Shown: in pieces, positions 53,767-64,000 of the stretch
Position numbering within the stretch: position 1 is the stretch's first letter
Layout: each line of letters begins with the position of its first letter
DNA from: Octopus vulgaris
Lineage: Eukaryota
Reading direction: 5' to 3'
DNA: 64,000 nucleotides
Assembly (NCBI GenBank): GCA_951406725.2
Contig: OX597815.1
Span: forward strand, 26,040,001-26,104,000
Notes under the pieces: generated by a model
What the model was told of the DNA's origin: nothing
The model's database searches: none
Seen by the model: the letters and a program-made list of their open reading frames with translations, nothing else
Program-made: the position numbers and the translations under genes

Positions 53767-55939
53767 CATTTGTCATAGATCCCTCAGAAGAGGAGTGATA
53801 GTACCCATAACTATTGCCATATGTTCAATGTATAGCTTCAGCAACAGAGCGGAAACCTTAAGAGTGAATCCCCAAAAAATCGCAATGCAGCCCTAAAAGT
53901 TATGCAACAGTGAAACACTGTAGGAGTTACAAGACGTGAATATGCATGTGTTCGTGAAGAGGACACGCAAATATGTCGTTCAAAAGAACTGGTAGAAGAA
54001 TCATAGAGAGCAAATAGTACTTGCGTGACCCGAATGTTACAATATGTTGCTCGAGTGATCCACAGTCAAATTACTTACTGACCCTTTTTACGATAGGTTT
54101 TTATGTGTTTGTAACTCTTTGGTGGCATTTTTTTTGTTGCAGTTATGAGATTAGTATTCCAATGGAGTCTTAGCTTGAATTTTGTTGAGAATCAACGACC
54201 ATCCAGAGCTGAGGTATTTTCTTGCTCTGAGAAAGAAATCTAAATTTTGATTTATATGTCTGGCGTATATATATATATATATATGTCAAAAGTCTATAAG
54301 AGATTGTAAATTGCAGTATTTGTGGTTTTGAGGCTTTTAATTGCGTTATTCAGCACGAACATTCCACTTGTTCTGAGGGGTAGAATATTCTCAGGACTTC
54401 ATTAGCGGATGTATCTCTTTATAAAAAGCGAATGATGTGAATTTAAGGTTTGTCTGTTATTTCTAGCAAGTAGAGCGAACACGTAGCGTCCATAGTGTGT
54501 ACCCCCACTCCTATTAATGGCCGCTACGGTGATATATGTGTGTATGTATGTATGTATGTATGTATGTATGTATGTATGTATGTATGTATGTGCGTGTAAC
54601 AGCCAAAGAGCGAATGGGAGAGAGGTTGAGCTAGAGGAAATGTACATGCGTGCGCGCGCGAGCGTGTGTGCGCGCTGGTATATGCATGTGTATGCGTGTG
54701 TGAGCCTCCGTGTGTACGTGTGTGTGTACATGTATGTGTGCGTGTGTGTGTGTGTACACGCGTGCGTGTGTGTATCTTATGTTTCAGTGTGAAATTAGAC
54801 TGCTCCTAACACCAAATAAATTCTCCATTGGGGATTGAGTTTATTGTGAAGTTGGAGGTTAACAGCACCATTACCAATATTATATTCCTGCAGAAAGATA
54901 TGTACATACCATTTGGGAACACTCGAGATTCAAGTGTTGACATATGCCATATTACATAAGAATTTGAATCAGACACCAAATAGAGACCAAATATAAACGT
55001 CCTATTTATAATTTCTGCCGTCCCTAAAGTATTTCCCGCTAAAATAATCTTAGGACGAAATATTTCTCATCAATATTTCGCCCTAAAATGGTTAAATATC
55101 GGTGTGAAAACCGTTATCTTCGTTTCACAATACTGTGAGAGGTCACCAACCACATATTAATTCGGTTATTGAAATTACTCGCGTTTCACATAACCCATCA
55201 TAGTTTAAGCAACCGACCTGTATCGTCGCTTCTTGTATGTCTATAAGAAGAGAAATGGTACAGGCTGGAATGAGAAAACGGCGTTAAGCAAACCGGCAAC
55301 GCTAATGTGAAAAGCATGAACTCACACACTTTCTCCACTAAATTTTAGTGGACAAATCTCAAACTGAAGTGAGCTGGGGAGAGTCACACGTCTCATGACA
55401 TTGTATAATCAGTCTCGGGAAGATCAACTTGACGGAGCTCATTCATGCTTCTCAGTAGCTTGAGGAATATAGTAGATAGAAGAATAAAGACAGGAGAATA
55501 AAGTTCACAGTTCATCTTTTTCTAGAGGTATGGATAAAGATGAACTGAGAACTTTATTTTCCTGTCTGTATTCTATTTACTTTTACTCTTTATTCCTCTA
55601 TTTTATTCCTTATAAACTGTGAATTTCCCTGGCTAGAACTTTCATACATACTTACCTTGTCGCAGATGACGGAATACCCAGTGTACAGATATGCTAGCCT
55701 ATCACTTGGGATATCACAGGAACAGCTGTAAGACTTCAAATTAACCTTACCCTAATTAAATTATTATAAATGACTGGATATACTTGTCCTGCGTTGATCC
55801 TTGATGTCCTCTTCCTTTAATACATACCTACTTATATGGAAGCTTAATACGGATCCCTAACTTTAGCCTCAGCTGTGAACTTTGAACCTAACGGATGACC
55901 AATTATAGCACTTACTCAGCGTACCTATTTGTTTAGATC

Positions 55940-56090
55940 ACCAGTTACATCGATCCAAGTGCTCCACTTGTAACTATTTTATCGACTTCGAAAGGATGAA
56001 AGGCAAAGTGGACCTCGGCGGAATTTGAACTCGGAATGACGGACGAAATGCCGCTAAAAATTTAGTCCGGCGTGCTAACGATTCTGCCAG
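55940..56090 (-). mobile_element. SINE family A
   Basis: Family motifs. Confidence 0.8.
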
Positions 56091-56656
56091 AAATAGAATG
56101 AATAAATAAATAAATAAATAAATAACCTTTGGCACCCTTTCACTTCCTTTTCCCTTTCAATAGATATTCTACTCCCTTTGGCTACGTCCTCTCCTTATCT
56201 TATAGGAGACATGAGCGTCAGTGACAAGATATAAGAGGCGAATTCCAACAATTTCATGTTATGATGTGCTTTAACTGAGGAAGATTTTGCCTTCTTTATT
56301 TATTGCGCAATTACTGGAAACGTATGTATTAAATGCATTCAAAATATCATTACTTGGTTTGACTTCATCTTATACCTTATATAACTCTATGACCTGTACA
56401 AACTTGCCAGTCCTGAATTCTATACAAACGGATATTCTAACAAAGACTTGGAGTGGTTTGTCCTAGTCGACTCGAGTTGGAAATTCTGTTAACGTGCATC
56501 ACTTCTGAGCATAACACGAATTATACATACATACATACATACATACATACATACATACATACATACATACATACATACATACATACATACATGTATACAT
56601 ACATATGTATGTGTATGCATATGTATATATGTATGCGTATGTGTATATATCTATCT

Positions 56657-56869
56657 TCTTTTTCTTTTTACTTGTTTCAGTCATTTGACTGCGGCCATGA
56701 TGGAGCACCATCTTCAGTTGAACACATCGACCCCTGGGCTTATTCCTTGTAAGCCTAGTACTTATTCTATCGGTCTCTTTTGCCGAACCGCCAAGTGACG
56801 GGAATGTAAACACACCAACATCGGTTGTCAAGCGATGGTGAGCGGGACAAACACAGACACAAATAACAA

Positions 56870-56900
<31 letters not shown>

Positions 56901-57063
56901 CGACGGGCTTCTTTCAGTCCCGCCTACCAAATCCACTCACAAGGCTTTGGGTGACCCGAAGCCATAGTAGAAGACACTTGCCCAAGGTGCCACGCAGTGG
57001 GACTGAACCCGGAAGCATATGGTGGGGAAGCAAGCTTCTTACCACACAGCCACTCCTGCGCCT
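56657..57063 (-). mobile_element. SINE family B, full length
   Basis: Reverse complement of family B, ending ...accacacagccactcctgcgcct. Confidence 0.9.
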
Positions 57064-57087
57064 ATATATTTCTTTGTTATTTAATTT

Positions 57088-57155
<68 letters not shown>

Positions 57156-57220
57156 AAAAGAAATAGCAAAGAAAAATGCTGGTTATGTTATACTCTTTTT
57201 CTTATATATTCACATACGTG

Positions 57221-57257
<37 letters not shown>

Positions 57258-58183
57258 CTATGTATGTATCCACTAGATCTGATGGACTATATTTATCGGC
57301 TACATCACACTCGATCCACTCGATTTTAGTACCCTTTAGTGCACTAAGAATAGTGTCGATTACAATTGGGGTGAAATTATGTATTTAGGATTGTCGGGAG
57401 CTTTTTATCTATCACTTTATTACATGTGTCAGACACAAAGTAACTGTTATAGGAGATAGGTGCGAGGAAAGAAGACTCAAGAAAAACAAAAGACTGAAAA
57501 GTGTATAAAAGAAGTCGTATGCAACGAAACGCCATCTTTTTTTTTTGTATTTTTCAGTATCAATTTATCGTTTGATGACGGTATTAAATAACCGGAGTAG
57601 AATGGGCTTTTTAAGTATGGAGGGAAAATTCTGAAGCTCGCTGAAGTCGTATGGTCGTATGGGCGACAAAAGATAAATAAAAATTAAGGTTTTAAAAAAG
57701 AATCAAACGTCTGGCTAAAATGCAACAGTATTACCTTTCTACAAAGAGTAGAGGTTTGACATGGATTTCTATCTTTCTTACAAGGTTGAAAATTTGGGGA
57801 AGGAATTTATGTCGCCGATTTTAGTCCACTACTTCACGGGTACTTATTTTAACGATATTAGAAGGATGAAAGATGAATTTGACCGTCAATGGAGACATGG
57901 CAACCTCATAATAACGCAAAATCGCACACCTTACACATATCTATGAAACGGTATGACAGTACGCTCTCCTTACGCATAAATAACTCACAACTAAAAGCCC
58001 TCATGTGTGCTAGTCCGCATATTCTCACATATTTGTTACTGTTATTATTGTTTAGCCCCGGGCACGCAGAACTATGATTAAAGTTAATTTAGTGCCTCCT
58101 TAATCTGCTGGCTGTGGACAGCCGCTACACTCCATCATTCCCAGCAAAATAAAGTTGAGATTTTTAACAACAACAACAACAAC

Positions 58184-58225
<42 letters not shown>

Positions 58226-58244
58226 TTAACAACAACAACAACAA

Positions 58245-58307
<63 letters not shown>

Positions 58308-58309
<2 letters not shown>

Positions 58310-58852
58310 CCCTGATGCAGTACCAGGCAGTGGCTCTCATGGCTTCTGATCTTAACTGATTGGAAGTGTTATCATGTACATTGTTTTGTCTTGGTATAAA
58401 AGATGGGCTACAGCAAATATTCTGCTCAATACCACAGATTTACTTGTCAGTTGTTTGACCTTAACCAGTTGAGCATGTCCCTTAGTGGCTGACGATATGT
58501 GCATCTCTGATCACGAGCAGAAGTAGTGGGGGAGCATCATAGCCATGTGTTGAGAGGGATTCTTTGGGGTTTGAATAGTTCACCTCTGGAAACATGGGTG
58601 GTTCTTTCAACATCCTTAAACAACCCTTATTCAGGGACCGCTTGAGCGGGATGGGCTACTCAACCTGAAGAAAATTCTAACTGGGCCCCACCTGCAAGGT
58701 CATGTGCTGTTTATCTTGATATGAGATCACCATGTCGCGCACATATGGTTGTGATGCATGTGCCTGGTGTACCTTTATCAGACGGGTAGTCATGATGGGT
58801 ATATTGGGCTTCGTATATTTTACCCCAGTGTCACTTTGATGACATGCACTGC
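58308..58852 (+). mobile_element. Non-coding retroposon in (AAT)n, copy 1
   Basis: ~545-bp unit flanked by (AAT)n; repeated at 58938-59422. Confidence 0.75.
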
Positions 58853-58860
58853 TAAAAAGA

Positions 58861-60910
<2,050 letters not shown>

Positions 60911-60930
60911 CGGACTTGACAGAGTAAAAC

Positions 60931-61465
60931 AATTGGTACAACCACAAACCTGAAGGCACTGTCAAAATGGAAATGCAAAGGATTCTATGGAATTTTATGA
61001 TTCAGTGCGACCACGAGATAGAGAATAGGAAGCTGGACATAGTTTTAATTGAGAAAGAAAACAAACTCTGCTGGATCATAGATATAGCATGCCCAGCTGA
61101 CAGCAAGGTATGCGATAAGGAAGAAAGAAAAGTCGCGAGATATGACAGGTTAGCTTGGGAAGTTAAACAGTTGTGGTCGATGAAAAAGGTAACAGTAGTA
61201 CCAATAATTGTCGGAGCCCTGGGAACAGTAAGCAAAAATCTCGAGAAGTACGTGGAACAAAATAGGGGCTGCAATAAGGGTGGAGCACTTGCAGAAAACA
61301 GTACTGCTTGGAACCGCTCAAATACTCCGGAAGGTGCTCGAAAAATAAGAGGTGTTACCTTAGTTCACTGGTAGTGAACAGCTGACACTGTAATACATCT
61401 TCAGCGTTAGAAGCTATGCAAAGGTAATAATAATAATGATAATGATGACGATAGTAGTAATAATA
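60931..61465 (+). mobile_element. R4/Dong-clade LINE 3' end, restriction-like endonuclease
   Basis: WYNHKPE...ILWNFMIQCDHEIENRKLDIVLIEKENKLCWIIDIACP...EERKVARYDRL...VVPIIVGALG...LQKTVLLGTAQILRKVL, followed by a (TAA)-like tail. Confidence 0.88.
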
Positions 61466-62274
61466 ATTTCTTTTATTAGCCACAGGGGTAAGAAGAAAAA
61501 GAAGAAGAAGAAGAAGAAGAAGAAGAAGAAGAAGAAGGAGAAGAAGAAGAAGAAGAAGAAGAAGAAGAAGAAGAAGAAGAAGAAGAAGAAGAAGAAGAAG
61601 AACAACAACAACAACAACAGCAGCAGCAGCAACAACAACAGCAGCAGCAATAGCGACGACGACGGCGACGACGATGATGATGATGAACGATGATGATGAA
61701 TATTTTCCATTGTTATACATGGTCCTTATTATGGTCTACTGTGAATTAGTAAAAAAAAAAGAATTTTTTTTATTGTTTTATGTTCTTATGACTTAGGACT
61801 AAGCCCTGAAACTTCGCAGGAACCTTGAGTTCATAACTGGAATCTGGTTAAAGTTAATAGCTAAACACCCAACAATGGTGATTCACGTCTTTTTAGTATT
61901 TCAACACCAGATACGGAGCGTTGGGCAATGGTGGTGATTTAACCAATTCTAAACGTAAAGGCTGCGTGTGACAAGCTTTATTGCTTACTATAAATTTATA
62001 CTCGACGCCATATCGCTATAAAAATACGTTTGAGGACAGATCATACCCGGCAAGGTGTATATTTATTCCGCTGTTAGCTGTTTTTACTTCCTATTAGTTA
62101 TGGTGCTAGGCTTAACTGCTTTTATTTAGTTAACTTAGGACTTAAACTCGTGTCAATGTACTGAAATATCAGCTCTACTCCATGTAGTTAACGGATATAA
62201 AAAAGTAAAAAATAAAAACCCTTATTAAAAACAATAACTTTACCTTTACTTACACACACACCCATACAGTATAA

Positions 62275-62672
62275 TCTTTATATATAAAAGAGAAGTTGTG
62301 TGTCTGTCTCCTACGATTTAAATTCCTAACTACTCCCACATTTTGCGGTGCAGTTTAACCAAAACCGGGTATCTTATAGTCGTGATTCATATCGAACCCT
62401 TCTGGGTATTAGCGCGCGTCTACGATGAGTCTACGAATTAAAAAAAAAATTTACCATCATTTTTTCCCATTTTAATGCATTTTTTCGCTATTATATAAGG
62501 GAAGTAACTCTCTAAAAATATCTACGATGAGTCAACGATTTAAAAAAAAAGTTACCATCATTTGCTTTCCATTTTTAATGTATTTTTTTGCTATTTTTGA
62601 CTATAACTCTCTAAAAATGCTTATATTGTTATTTCCCTTACAAACCCGAGCAACGCCGGGCGATACTGCTAG
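62275..62672 (+). mobile_element. Non-autonomous Helitron
   Basis: 5' TCTTTATATATAAAAG, 3' cccgagcaacgccgggcgatactgCTAG, inserted between A and T. Confidence 0.88.
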
Positions 62673-63204
62673 TAAAAAGTAAAAATAAAAACCCTTATTA
62701 AAAACAATAACTTTACCTTTACCTACATACACACCCATACAGTATAATATAATATAAATGAATATGTGGATAAATTAGTGTGTTTGTGTGCACATGCATT
62801 TGTATGGATGTTGAAAGACTGTGACGTATGTAGGTTGTGTTTGCTATATAGCTAGAGGTCGATCTGCATCTTATTTTTAAATATACTATAACGTGTTATA
62901 GTTATTATAGACCAAATTGATCCTGACGGGATTTGAACTCCCGAGAACGGTAGTGAAATGCAGAAAAGGTAGTGTCTGTCCAACTGATACACATTGAGTC
63001 ACGTTCCTTTACATTCTAAGTTCAAATATTATCGGACATATTTGATCTTTCTGAGACTCAGTAAAATAAACGATCCGGCACCTTATGCTTATGAAGTTCA
63101 TCATTCAGTTGAGAGTTTTAGGCCATCTGTCAATTCCCAAATTGTTGACTGGACTGAAGTACCTAGTCTAAATACGTATATTTTCATGTATTTCCGGCCT
63201 AGAT

Positions 63205-63725
63205 ACGTGAAAGGCAAAGTCGACCTCGGCGGAATTTGAACTCAGAACATGAAGATAGACGTTAAACTGCTAAGCATTTCACCCGGCGTGCTAACGTTTC
63301 TGCCAACTCGTCGCCTTTGATGATAATAATATTTTCTGCTATAGGTACAAGACCTGAAAATTTGGAAGAGAGAGGCTAGTCGAGTATATCTACTAAGCGC
63401 TGATCTAGTACCCCTAAAAGATAAAAGGCCAAATTGACCCTGACGAGGATTTGAACTCCCGAGAACGTAAATAGCCGGAAGAAATGCCACAAAGCACCAT
63501 ATCCGACGCGCTTGCGATTCTGCCAGCTCATCGCCTTCTGAATAGTAATAATAATAAGCCTTTTTTTATATATTTTGGCACATGGACAACAGTTTTCAGT
63601 GAAGGAGTAAATCATTTATATCGACCCTAATGCGACCCCGAAAGAATGAAAGGTATAGTTTACGTCGGTCGAATTGGAAGAATTACTGCCCGGAATTTTG
63701 TCCGGTGTGATAACGATTCAGCCAG
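63205..63725 (-). mobile_element. Cluster of three SINE family A copies
   Basis: Family motifs at ~63205-63317, 63332-63537 and 63570-63725. Confidence 0.8.
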
Positions 63726-63852
63726 TTTATTTCCTTTTTAGTTATTTCAGAGGATTAGCTGTAGTTAAGTAAATGAAAATAATAATACTAATAATAATTT
63801 TTCCGTTTCTTAAATTAAATTTTCGATAATGTTTATTTATTGTGAAGAAGAA

Positions 63853-63953
63853 TTATATTTCGGACGTCTTTTTAAAGAGATTCATGTACTCGTGTTTAAT
63901 ATCCTGAAATACCACCTCTCGAGTCCCGTCAATTGAATAACGTCCTTTTCTAT
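63853..63953 (-). CDS. Candidate terminal coding exon of an unidentified gene continuing beyond the window
   Basis: Acceptor ggttttgctgtttacag|, open frame xRKGRYSIDGTREVVFQDIKHEYMNLFKKTSEI*, overlapping AATAAA signals 12 nt after the stop. Confidence 0.4.
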
Positions 63954-64000
63954 CTGTAAACAGCAAAACCACAAGCTTGCTAGCTGAAACATTCTGCCTG

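Noticed and set aside
55648-55660. U1 snRNA 5' end (ATACTTACCT)
   Set aside because: Downstream sequence is not U1; better explained as an antisense splice donor.
57488-57540. AAAAGA-CTGAAAA...GAAACGCCA-TCTTTT hammerhead-like motif
   Set aside because: C3/A8 mismatch and no U16.1; at best a dead relic.

Overview
AT-rich, repeat-saturated eukaryotic (metazoan) genomic DNA with no intact long protein-coding ORF. Most ORF-track entries are translations of microsatellites. The SINE and microsatellite landscape resembles a cephalopod (octopus-like) genome; this is inferred from recalled repeat motifs and not verified. Contents: three tRNA-derived SINE families, decayed LINEs (R4/Dong, CR1, RTE, Tx1/L1), two convergent Penelope-like (GIY-YIG) remnants, a decayed maT/Tc1 transposase, hAT-type and 8-bp-TSD MITEs, and three non-autonomous Helitrons. 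A few candidate minus-strand splice signals include a textbook AG|GT recursive-splice motif. The most striking signal is a set of short non-coding elements next to (TA)n tracts that carry type-I hammerhead ribozyme (HHR) motifs. One is an intact 351-nt retrozyme-like monomer in a head-to-head inverted plus tandem arrangement, with an HHR on each strand (23.1-23.9 kb). Several minimal HHR motifs show apparent compensatory C3:G8, U3:A8 and G3:C8 swaps in the catalytic core. All structures were read by eye; none was computed.
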